Positions 22,737 through 33,255 of a stretch of DNA of 64,000 nucleotides are shown here, one piece after another; position 1 is the first letter of the stretch; every line of letters starts with the position of its first letter. The position numbers and the translations under genes were made by a program. The notes under the pieces were generated by a model, which ran no database searches, was not told the origin of the DNA, and saw only the letters and a program-made list of their open reading frames with translations. This stretch comes from Pseudovirgaria hyperparasitica (lineage: Eukaryota): NCBI GenBank assembly GCA_010093815.1, contig ML996571.1; one strand, given 5' to 3'.

Positions 22737-23982
22737 TCAGTGATTTCTTTCTACAATCTCTCTAGCAAATTCTGCGAAACTTCGCTTCTCATCAATCATT
22801 TCCCATAGATTTGGCTGTGTGAATACTGCCAGAGTATTCCGTGCCACCCTGCCTGTATGTTTAGTCGCTTTGGCGCCTCGGACAAAGTGCGGGACGGCTT
22901 TGAATTTGCCTTTCGTGATGATTTCCAGTGCTTCTCCGGTTTGGAATGCAAGGCAGTCTCTCGGTATCGCGACTTTTGTCACAGCTCCGCTACGCGAATG
23001 GATATAGAGCCCAGCTTGCGGATCAGGAGATTGGGCGAGTTCGGTGAGGTCTTTTGGTACATGCGACCTATCATTTAGTTCAGAAAGGCCTCTTAAAAGC
23101 GTAGGGACTGAAGCATCCTCATCGATGAACATGGCGCTGGTCAGACCGGTCAGACAGCCGTGATCAACATGAGTTGCGCACCAGTCGTCTTCGTCGGCGG
23201 ATTTGTTATTGTCGGCAGACGGAGGAGGAAAGTAATGCAAAAGCCTGGCTTTTGTGCTGACACTACTGTTCACGACGTGCTCCAGGTAGCCCGGTTTGTA
23301 GCCATCGATATTTTTCTCTGCATATCGATCACAAGCACGCGCAACTAATACAGCGACATCGATGATTAAAGTACACAGTTCTTCGAAGCTTTCACGAAAG
23401 CCAGGGAGAGTGTCTTCAGATGGCCAGACGTTTGGTGCAGTGTACTCAGGAAATGTCGGGTACCTGGTTGCCAGTGACGTTTGTGTATCTCCTTGCGAGA
23501 ACGATGGCGCGCAATTAACGTAGTAAGATCCTTTGAAAGTATCATATGCTCCGTCCTTCAATTTCTCTTTCCCAAGTGACCATCCGACGAGGTAGTGCGA
23601 GTCGGGCGACTCTAGCTGTTCTGTTCTGCAGTAAGTCACAAATTCTACAGATGGTTCGGAGGCACGATATCACTTTTAAAAAAAACTCGAGCGGGTGACA
23701 CTACAGTCCGACTTACTCAAGCTCTGCTCCGGTAGATTTGCCAGGTAACTAGAATATGACAGTAATCGTAGACGCAAACTTTGAAATCTCTCTGGGAGAC
23801 CTTTGACAACGATTATGCCAAGACTCTCGGGCCCGAAAGCCTCTTCCAACGTCGTAAATGGTATCGAGCCTTTAACCGCGATCGTTAGCAGCTGTTAGAC
23901 CTTCTGGGCCACGGGGATAAGGACCTTGAGTCAGGGCGTCCAGCTCTACGGTCACCGCAGACTTTTTTTCGAGTATAGACAT
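22737..23982 (-). CDS. 2OG-Fe(II) oxygenase, isopenicillin N synthase-like (3 exons)
   Basis: ATG 23982 MSILEKKSAVTVEL..; LEEAFGPESLGIIVVKGLP; GWSLGKE; RLLHYFP; HVDHGCLT (HxD); VPHFVR (distal His); RNTLAVF. Confidence 0.88.
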
Positions 23983-25456
23983 GTTCGAAGACACGAGGAA
24001 CACGATGCGTAAAGCATGAGACCAAGGCGGCTTTATGAGCCTTATGAGGGAGTCTGCGGCTCGAAGGTGGAGTCAAGAGGAAAGATTTGATTGGTAGTCG
24101 AGCAGAGCTGCCTTGACCTTTCAGTTTCAGCCCAAGCGCCGGTAGACGGCGTCATCCGATTCCGACGTCGATTCGCCCATAAAATATAAGCTGTGGACAA
24201 TATCAATCTTGTGAACATCTCTTACTTGCTGACTGCAAATCTAGCAGAAGGACTGGCTTGCTACTTTTTCTTCTGGGTGGCCCGTTTCTTCCTATACAGA
24301 ACCATGAGACGCGTTCTGTCTTCACGCGTACCGGTACAGGAGTAGGCCGTTATACTCGAAAGTGAAGCTACCGTTGCAACTAAGCTGTCGTTGTGAAATT
24401 TGTGCTTACACTATCGATAATATTGGTAGGCAGTATGGTGTGAAGGAACTCGAAGCGGAGTTACGCTGTAGAGACAATTGAAAACAAGGACGAGTCGAGG
24501 TATATCAGGACTTCCCTTCAGTAAGTACAGCGTAAGAATGAGGGATCAGATTGTGAGGCTGGATTTCTGATGTACCCGTGGTGGAGGAATTGTTGGTAGT
24601 GTAGCGGGAACGACAGAGTCACGGCGCAGCTATGTATTATCAAACAGGAAATCGATGAACTGAGCTTTTACTAACCCGTAGCAGATCACAAATGGACATT
24701 TGAAAGGCATCGCTCGAAAAGTCCGTCAACCTCGAGTCTACGACGCGCAACCTGAAATTCGCATATCAGGCCTGCGTACATGAAGCTCCCTCCTCGTCGC
24801 AAGTCTTGAACCACGCCCGGTAGACTTCTCCAACAATTTGAGTTCTCATAAACAAGAACTCCAAACCTCCCTCTCTATACTGGCATGGACGAGGGCCCTA
24901 TCATTATCCTTATGTCTGGGTAGGATTTATGTTAATGCTTGCCATGACTGTATGCCAACTACCTGGATTCATCCCTCAGGCAATGCATTACTCAAGAATC
25001 CACTCTCATCAGACCACTTTAGACTCACAAGGGAAGGGACATGCCTGTGTTCTCAGTATCTGCTTCCGACCTAAGGCATTCGTCTGAATTTGAGGAAGGC
25101 ATGAGCAGGTCTTACATCACTTGAGAGAATGTTTTGGCAGGAGACTTTCCTCATCAGGTAATCGACGACACGCCATTTCCCACCCTCATTCTGAGCTCGC
25201 GTGCACTGGCCTTCTGTGATTTGATTAAATAGCTGGCTTCTTCTGCCGTTTTCCATTTCTTCTTCTTCTTCCTCACATCATTCACAAACATTCTCAGTTG
25301 ACAGTATCAGCATCAAAGCATCAATCGGACTCGCTGCCTCCACTCATTGTATCCTTGTTTATTGATTATACTCTTCACCTCAGTCCTCAGATCACTTCAC
25401 TGCTCAAATACACACTTCCATTAAACCTTTCCTCAGACCTGCACGTCTCTTGTACT

Positions 25457-26562
25457 ATGTCTCCAATCAATTTCACCAAGCTCGCAGCCGTCCTCGCAAC
25501 CTGCGCCAGCCTGACTCGTGCTCAGGATTCGGCTGAAGTATGTCTTCTCTCTTGAGCCGCTGCTGCTGTTAATGACATCTTCTCAGAGGTTCTCTTGCAG
25601 CCTTCCCAGTGGATTTGATCGGACCGTTACTGAAAATGAGCTGTACGATGCAAAACAAATTGGGATGTTTGATTGTAAGTCAAGTCCCGCGACTTGACCC
25701 TTACACAGTTAATCCATCTCCAGGTCCAGTCAAGCACGCAATTCGGGGCTCATACGAGTGCGAATCATACGTCACTGAATATAGCTTTATCCCAGGATGC
25801 ACTACAAAAAGTGAACTCTACCCCTTCGGAACGGACGAAGGTTTATTCCTTGGTCCTGGTGAGTTTCGCGGAACCATCAGGCAGATAATTATCGAGGGTG
25901 GCCTCACTTACAACATCTCAATCTTTGGCTACGGTAACGTCCAAGCTACGCTCGTACCCAAGTCTTTGGAAGTTGTTGAACGCTCACCTCAATGCTACGG
26001 CGGCTACTGTCCTCCAGCATCGTCGGTGGAAGAATCAACTATCTACGTCCCTCCATTTGAACCCTCAACAGTTTACATTCCCCCATCAGAAGCTTCGACC
26101 ACTGTCTATGGCCCTCCACAGGAGACTTCCACCATCACTTCGACCACGCTCATCACTGTCGGCTGTTCGGCTCCTGGTTATGGTACCGATGCTGGATGTC
26201 CAACCTCTGCTCTGCCCACTGAGACGGACGAGGAGTCCTCCACTGGCACAGCCTCCGTGACTGGTACAGAATTCTCTGGCACGGCCTCGGCCACTGGGAC
26301 TGCCTCTTCTGGTACTGTCTCCTCTACTGGTACAGCTTCTTCTGGTACTGTCTCCTCTACTGGCACAGCCTCCTCTGGTACCGCATCGACCACTGTCACT
26401 GCTACCACCACCGTTGTGAACAACTTGATTCCCTTTGAGCCCCTGACTATCCCTACAGAGACCATTGCCATCCCTAGCTCGCAGGGCTCTTCTGTTGAAA
26501 GCTGTCGCGGCCCTCTCGGCGCCATGGTGATGGTTATGGCTGGTTTCTTGCTTCTTGCTTGA
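25457..26562 (+). CDS. Secreted GPI-type Ser/Thr-rich protein with a small Cys-containing N-terminal domain (3 exons)
   Basis: ATG 25457 MSPINFTKLAAVLATCASLTRA signal; introns 25538-25586 and 25675-25723 join in frame; 11-aa repeats TGTASSGTVSS; hydrophobic C-terminus GAMVMVMAGFLLLA*. Confidence 0.8.
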
Positions 26563-26657
26563 GATTGCCCAGTTCTCCTGGCCGGGAAGCTTGAGACACG
26601 ATGGTCTGAGAGTAGCTGGTCTTGTGTGTTTTAGTGTGATGGAAAGAGTGGTTTTGC

Positions 26658-26761
26658 TTGGGTCGAGTATGGTATCGTGTTGATTGGTCTGAGGGCAGAC
26701 CTAGTTTCCTTGGTTCGAGTATGGTATCGTATTGTTTGGTCTGATGGAAGACCTAGTTTCC
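26658..26761. repeat. 52-bp imperfect tandem duplication
   Basis: TTGG(G/T)TCGAGTATGGTATCGT..TTGGTCTGA..AGACCTAGTTTCC at 26658 and 26710. Confidence 0.85.
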
Positions 26762-26887
26762 CTTGACCTGGAAGAGAGTGAAGACGTTCTGGAGTAGCCA
26801 AGAACCTAATAGACCTTTTTTCTCGCTCGAAGTTTTGTGTGTCGTGTGAGTTTTGTATTTTTCTTTTGTGGTTTCCAGAGCCAGTAT

Positions 26888-27013
26888 GAGACGTGCAACT
26901 GCTGGCTTGAGACGTGCAAGTGCTGGCTTGTGAGGCGCAACTGCTGGCTTGTGAGGCGCAACTGCTGGCTTGTGAGGCGCAACTGCTGGCTTGAGACGTG
27001 CAAGTGCTGGCTT
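26888..27013. repeat. 21-bp minisatellite x6 with variant units
   Basis: Units GAGACGTGCAA(C/G)TGCTGGCTT and GTGAGGCGCAACTGCTGGCTT in the order A',A,B,B,B,A. Confidence 0.93.
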
Positions 27014-27102
27014 GGGTATATGACGTATGACGTTGTGTTGGTGGCATGGATGTTGCGAGTATAGTGTAATGACAGTCGTGTTGTTTGAGTGACTGTATTC
27101 CA

Positions 27103-27141
<39 letters not shown>
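27103..27141. repeat. Compound (AC)n(AT)n microsatellite
   Basis: Directly visible, 3' of the ALDH stop codon. Confidence 0.92.
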
Positions 27142-27225
27142 AACAATGCAAGCACGGCAGAATGGGAATCTTATTTGATAGATTAATACTATTACTACTA
27201 GTACTACTCCTAACAAGTACAAGCA

Positions 27226-28692
27226 CTACAACTTCAGCTTGTAGGAATGGATGACGTGCGGGTTGCAGTAGGAGAGCAGGCCGGTCTGGCCCCACTCGCC
27301 ACCAATGCCACTCTCCTTGTGGCCGCCAAAGATGGCCTGCGGCGTGGGCTTTTCCCAGCTATTGACAAAGACGCTGCCGGCCTGGAGACGGCGGGCGATG
27401 CGCTCGGCACGGTCGACGTCGGCGCCCCAGACGCAGGCGCCGAGACCGGTGTTTGTATTGTTTGCGCGGGCAATGACCTCCTCCTCGTCGGACCAGGGCT
27501 GGGTGGGCACGATGGGGCCAAAGGGCTCCTCGGCGATGATGCGGCTGTCATTTGGCGGGTTATCGATGATGGTCGGGGTGATGAAGAAGCCCTTTTGCGG
27601 GAGTGCGGAATCGGTTGCGTCGGGCGAGCCGGCGGCGAACTTGTAGCCTTTTGCTTTGGAGTCCTGGAAGAAGGTCTTGACCTTGTCGTACTGCATCTTG
27701 TTCTGGATGGGGCCGAGGAGGATGTCGTCGGGCTGGTCGTCGCCGCCGCCGAGCTTGATGGACTTTGCAAAGGCGGCCATTTCGGCGACAAAGTCGGTGT
27801 AGATGGCCTCGTGGATGTAGATGCGCTTTGTGGCAACGCAGACCTGGCCTGAGTTCTGGAAGGCGCCCATGACGATTTCGGGGGCGGTCTTCTTGATGTC
27901 GACGTCGGGCAGGATGATGGAGGCGTCGTTGCCGCCGAGCTCGAGGGTGACGCGCTTGAGGGTTTTGGCGGCGGCTTCCATGACCTTTTTGCCGGTGGCG
28001 ATGGAGCCGGTGAAGGAGATTTTGTGGACGTTTGGGTGGAGGGAGAGCCAGGCGCCGAGGTCGTTGTTGCCGCCGACGACCTGGACGACGCCGGGCGGGA
28101 AGACTTCCTGCATCGTCTCGACCATCTTCAGGGAGGTGTAGGGGGTGAAGGGCGAGGGCTTGACGATGATGGTGTTGCCGGTCAGCAGGGCGGGCGCGAT
28201 CTTGCCCATGGAGAGGATGAGGGGGAAGTTCCAGGGGCAGATTGCGCCGACGACGCCGAGGGGCGTGTAGCGGGTCGTGATGACCTTTTCGTCGTCCTCG
28301 ATGCGCTCCTCGGGGATGGTGAGGGTGGTGTGGAAGCCGGCGAACTGGGTGACGCCGTCGACCTCGACGGTGGCAAACTTGCGCGGCTTGCCCGTCTCCT
28401 TGATCAGGAGGTTGATGAAGTCGTCTCTGTGCTGCGCGTAGACGGCCACCCACTTGCCGAGCAGCTCCTTGCGCTCCTCGATTGAGGTCTGGCTCCAGGA
28501 CACGAAGGCCTTGTTTGCGGCGGCGACGGCATCTTCGAGGTCTTGCTTGCTGGCGACGGGGACGTCCCACAGCTCCTGGCCGGTGACGGGGTTGACGCCG
28601 TGGTGGGGAGTGTCTTTGGTGTCGCGTAGCTGGCCGTCGACAATGTTGTAGAACTTGTCGAAGACGATGGTGGAGACTTTGGAGGGAGACAT
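27226..28692 (-). CDS. NAD(P)+-dependent aldehyde dehydrogenase (intronless)
   Basis: ICPWNFP, KPSPFTP, FTGSIATG, TLELGGND (catalytic Glu), SGQVCVA (catalytic Cys), EEPFGP, FGGHKESGIG. Confidence 0.96.
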   Translation of the reverse strand: MSPSKVSTIVFDKFYNIVDGQLRDTKDTPHHGVNPVTGQELWDVPVASKQDLEDAVAAANKAFVSWSQTSIEERKELLGKWVAVYAQHRDDFINLLIKETGKPRKFATVEVDGVTQFAGFHTTLTIPEERIEDDEKVITTRYTPLGVVGAICPWNFPLILSMGKIAPALLTGNTIIVKPSPFTPYTSLKMVETMQEVFPPGVVQVVGGNNDLGAWLSLHPNVHKISFTGSIATGKKVMEAAAKTLKRVTLELGGNDASIILPDVDIKKTAPEIVMGAFQNSGQVCVATKRIYIHEAIYTDFVAEMAAFAKSIKLGGGDDQPDDILLGPIQNKMQYDKVKTFFQDSKAKGYKFAAGSPDATDSALPQKGFFITPTIIDNPPNDSRIIAEEPFGPIVPTQPWSDEEEVIARANNTNTGLGACVWGADVDRAERIARRLQAGSVFVNSWEKPTPQAIFGGHKESGIGGEWGQTGLLSYCNPHVIHSYKLKL

Positions 28693-29210
28693 GGCGGGAG
28701 TTGGGTATCAAAGAGGATTGGAGGGGTGGACGAGAGAGAGAGGAGTTTTTGGAAGGGAGACGAGGAGGCGAGTCGGAATGCGAGGAGAGGATGGCAATTG
28801 ATATATGGACGGCAATAAGGTCAATGACAGACATGCATGAGTAGGTGGAGTGTAGTAGCAGTAGTAGTAGTAGTGTAGTGTATTAGTGGTAGTGGATTGC
28901 GGATGACATTAGCTGGTGGGTGGGGATCCATGCCGAAGCGGAAGCCGACCCCCCTCCCCCTCCTCCTCTATTGCACGCATCGGTCAGTCAATAAAGGGTG
29001 TTCATGTTTGATGCAGTAATAGAATCATATTCAACGCTCTGCCTGATACTACTCCAAGTACTGTCCAGGCAGAATGCACGGCAAGTTTGCACTAACTGGA
29101 AGGGGATAACACACAAAACACAACAAACACACACTCTCACACTCCAGCTGTCTCACTCACTCACTCACTCCTCACTCACTCACAAGCCAAGCCTGCAGTG
29201 CCAATGGATT

Positions 29211-29405
29211 GCGGGGAGAAGACGGCTAGTCCGGATATAGGCAATACTGGCTGGCTTGACATCTCGCGAGTTGTTGCCCGCTATTTCTTGCTGGCTGGCG
29301 GGGCTGACGGGCTGACGGGCTGACGGGCTGACTTTTGGGGGGGTTTTTAGGCGGGGGTGTCGGTGTCTTAGGGCGAGCGGCCTGCCTGGGGGGGACTTTG
29401 CGGGG
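29211..29405. promoter_or_regulatory. Cluster of SYGGRG (CreA/Mig1-type) motifs and a (GGGCTGAC)4 repeat upstream of ALDH
   Basis: GCGGGG at 29211, 29298, 29351 and 29400; CTGGGG at 29386; GGGCTGAC x4 at 29301-29332. Confidence 0.35.
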
Positions 29406-31337
29406 CTGGCGGGCTGTCCTGTCCTGTCCTGCTGGTGGGCTGTCTGCCTGCCTACTGCCTTACTACTGCTACTGCTACCTGCTACCTGCTACCTGCTACC
29501 CTACCTAATACTTACTATACTACGCAGTAATAGCTAATACCTCGGACGTGGCGCCAAGTGGAGGGGCACGGCGAGCGCAATGAGGGGCAGCATCTATCAG
29601 GCATTCAGGCATTCATCACCTTAGCTAAGCTTGTCTGCTTCAATTCCTCCAATTCCTTCATTCTTCATTCCATCTTCTCGTCCCTCTTCTCCACCACACA
29701 GCCAACAAACACCAATACCATCCCCTCTACCACACACACTATACCTCCGTCAACAATCCTCTCTCACTGCCAACTAATCATCTTCGCTGAACAGCCAACC
29801 ATCTTCGCTGAACAGCCAACCATCTATCCCTTCGACACTTGGCCTCCACCTCCACCTCCACCCCTACCGCTCCACCGCTAACTGCTATAGGCAAACACTC
29901 GCGCCTCCTCCGCGGACTCGGCTCAGCCCTGGAATAGGACAATAGGTATGCATCCCTGATCCATCTCGTCCTCTTTGTTGCTCTGTTGCTCTTCTTGCTT
30001 ATACATCTGCCCTCCACCACCAGCTGTTCCCGCTCTTCATATTCCGTTTTCGTCAATTCTCCTTCCGCTACTCGCTCCCAATCACTCGCTTCTTTTCACT
30101 CATGCTCACAACTCTCAGATATCCTTACCGCTATTCCTGTCCAGGCCTGCATCTACTGCATGAATCTACTAATGCCACCCTCTCCATCCTTTCCGCCCCC
30201 TGCCACCATGCGACAACGCTCCACAATCATAGCCATCCACGCATTGAAAAATATACCATTGTGAGTCCTGCGCTCCGTCTCCGCCGTTTCGTTATCACGC
30301 TCGCATTTCCTGTCTAGGATATCGCTCTGAACCTTGAACTGTCGTCCTGTGTCTCGATTGTGGGGCCGGTGACATCGATCGGACCGTGCCGTGTCAATCG
30401 TCCTTTTAGTTTGGCGCATCGGGGAGAATCTCGCACAACAAGCCTGATGCCACCCACCACTCTCACACACTCAAAGCTTCAGTCCTTTGCCGTGAACATG
30501 CCACTATAATCCGTGCATGATTATGCCGTCTTGCAAGATATGTCCGTCAACGATATGGCAACGCTGCCTGGCCCGACATGGCCGAGTGCAGCGCAGACAA
30601 TTGTCTGACTAACCGCCGTTCTTGTGCGACCATAACGTGAGCCCCACTCATCTGATACTCCAGAGTGATTATCCATCGTCCACTTTCTAATCAAACACGC
30701 CTTCCATCTGCGGGGCGTGTTGCCTAATCCACGGAGTAATGTTCGTGTCTCCGACTAGCTAGCATAAATCCCGCCTCCATTCCACCCGCACTGCACACAA
30801 TTGCCCAAGGAATCAGGACCCATTCCATCGGACGTTGCAAAAAGCTCGCGCTTGGCCTTGTCACACAAAATCGCTTCGTCGTTCACACTAGCTTCTAGCC
30901 CGCCCTTATGCGTATGCACTGTCTTGCGCCATACATGATGGCTAGCTACTAATTAGCTAGCTGCTGCATGGCTCTTGCAGTAGATCCGCTCTCCCCCTTT
31001 CCCCCCCGGCTGACGTCAGCGGCGTACTCCTTGTCGCGGGAATAAGCTGTTCTTTGGCCTGACGTCGCCGTTTGACGATTCGACTCATTCAAAATGTGCT
31101 TGGCATTGCACAGGTATACCTAACAACATAATGCTTTTGCTCTGGCGTCGTCGCGCCAAGTAGCATGCATGTATGCATGCCTTTGAAGATAATTTGCCCA
31201 TGTCTAACAAGCATGGCCAGCCATAATGTATCTTCCCGTTTCCTCGTCATAGCACGTCATATATCTCTATAAAAACCCAAAATTCACTCCTACCTAGTAT
31301 AGCCCCTCCTTTCCTCCCCGCCTCGCTCGGCATGGCC

Positions 31338-32297
31338 TCAGGCAAACTTATCATGCTTCCCCTTCCTCCGCACATACACCAACTCCTCATAGAAATTCCC
31401 CTCCCGCCGCGCCCTCTTCAGCCGCCTAACCTCCTCATCCCCAAGCTTCCGCTCCGCCAGCTTCTCAAGCTCACTCCGACTGATCTTCGCACTCGCCTTT
31501 TCCTCGCGCGCCACCTGCTGCAGCCGCGGCTTGAAGCGCGCCTGCATCCGGATCCGCAGCGTGCAAGGGTACGTCAGCGTGTCCGCATCGCCCCGGACTT
31601 CTGATGCCGAGGGCGCGGTCAGGAAGGTCTCGTATGCGGTCTGGAGGGCGAAGCCGGAGGGTGCGTGCGCCGAGGGCACCGGCGTGAAGATGCAGGGTGG
31701 GTTCGCGGCTGTCGAGGTGGCGCTGAGGAGGCCGTGTTTGTCGGCGGATAGATATCTGTTTTTTTTTTGTTCGCTTCGTCAGCATATCTATCTCTTCTGA
31801 TCATCATCATCATTCCATCCATCCATTCGTGACAAATCATCCAGGATATATATGTATCAAAAGAAAACGGCAACGTACTTCCCATGATGCCCCTTGAGCG
31901 TCACACCCTCCAAGCCGGCTACCCGTCCCGCGACCCAGACTTGTCGTACGTCGTGCGGCTCGGCGGTCGCGGGGTTGGAGTCGATCATGTTTTCGAGGGG
32001 GTGGGCGAAGACGGCGCCGAGGGCGTCGCTCGAGAGGGCTGTGGGCGGGCTGGTGGCGAGGACGAGGAGGACGGGCCCGGTGATGTCGGCTTCTGTTTCG
32101 GCGGTTGTCCAGGTGTCGTCGTTGTTGTCGTTGGTGGTGGTGGTGGTGGTTGTGCTGGGTTGGGGATCTGTGGTTGTGCTGGTGGTGGTTGTGGTGGTTG
32201 TGAGGGACTGGGTGTGTTGTTCGGATGGGGGTGGGGTGGGGTCGCGTTTGCGTTTTCGGGGCTTCTTGTCGCCTTTGAAGGTTAGTGGTTTGACCAT
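31338..32297 (-). CDS. FRG1: FRG1-like family protein (2 exons)
   Basis: ATG 32297 MVKPLTFKGDKKPRKRK; AEPHDVRQVWVA; KGHHGK|YLSADKHG across an intron ~31756-31878; RIRMQARFKP; RARREGNFYE; KHDKFA*. Confidence 0.9.
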
Positions 32298-32637
32298 TGT
32301 TGTGTTGTTGGTGGTGGTGGTTGTGGTTGTGGTGGTGACTTGTGTCACGAAAGAGAAGTGTGCGGTGGTGGTGGTGTATCTTGAGATGGAGCTGCGGTGG
32401 AGCTAGTAGAGCTTAGCTCCCGACGTAGGGCTAGTGGATGTGATGTGTGATATTTGGGCACAGTAGAGGTACTTCTGGGCACAGCTGCTCCTAGATTCGA
32501 TTGGATTGGTAGCGAATGTAGATAGATAGATACACGCTTATCATGGTAATGAACGTTGACTCTTCCAGTCCTTTATACCCTCTTCCCATCCTCACACATC
32601 CATCTTCCCACCCATCCTCGCACCATGTCATCCCCCC

Positions 32638-33069
32638 TCAACCAATGTTGATAGCAAGCTCCAAGTTCTGCCCGCTCGCACTCGTAAACTCCGCCGCAAT
32701 AGTCCTGCTCTGCGCATTCAGGATGCTCTCGCTCGTCTTCTGCTCCTCCCTGCTCTTCGACCGCTGGCTGCTCCCGTCATAGTACTCCGGCAGCGCCTTG
32801 ACACAGGTGATGTCGTCGCCCAGCCCGGTCACAATGTCCACCCACGGCTTGTAGTTGTGCACGCCCATGGCCACGAAGAAGGCCTCCTTGCCGGCCTCGG
32901 TCATGTACCGCACCATGCCGGACGTGCCGCTGCCGCCCATGGTGAGGGTGAGCTGCTCGTTGGACTCGACCGTCCAGGTGCCGCCGTTGGCATAGTACCA
33001 GACGCCGCTTTCGACGAGGCGGAAGCGCTCGCTGGACTGGTTGACGCGCACTTTGATGGTGTAGGACAT
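32638..33069 (-). CDS. Fungal fruiting-body lectin (FB_lectin, ABL/XCL actinoporin-like family)
   Basis: 143 aa with no signal peptide; MSYTI.VRV.Q, VWYYANGGTW, LTMGGSGTSG, GVHNYKPW.DIVTGL match the family signature. Confidence 0.93.
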   Translation of the reverse strand: MSYTIKVRVNQSSERFRLVESGVWYYANGGTWTVESNEQLTLTMGGSGTSGMVRYMTEAGKEAFFVAMGVHNYKPWVDIVTGLGDDITCVKALPEYYDGSSQRSKSREEQKTSESILNAQSRTIAAEFTSASGQNLELAINIG

Positions 33070-33247
33070 GCTGTAGAGGGTGTCAGTTGGAAAGGTTCGG
33101 GGCTTGATGAGGGTACAGGCGGTGGTTTCACTTGATTGGTAGGTTTATCGTTCTTTGGAAAGACTTTTCTTCTGAGAGGAGGAGCTTGGGTGGTGTCTTT
33201 GCTGAGTGAAAGAGAAAAGTGCTCCTCGACGGCACCTGGGAGCGAGG

Positions 33248-33255
33248 TTTATATA
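33248..33255 (-). promoter_or_regulatory. TATA box of the lectin gene
   Basis: TATATAAA on the minus strand about 180 nt upstream of ATG 33069. Confidence 0.55.

Noticed and set aside
24430..24720. Splice-like signals (GTAAGT at 24521; CTAAC..TAG at ~24671-24681) in intergenic DNA
   Set aside because: I could not assemble a coherent ORF or snoRNA box pair; needs RNA-seq.
26888..27013. 21-bp array as a CRISPR array or as coding ORFs (26631-27155, 26753-27295)
   Set aside because: Units are contiguous with no unique spacers, the context is eukaryotic with no cas genes, and the ORFs result from the 3n repeat and run through microsatellites.
27560..28834. 424-aa Arg/Pro/His-rich ORF and other frames overlapping ALDH
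   Set aside because: Shadow frames kept open by the extreme GC3 of ALDH; no motifs.
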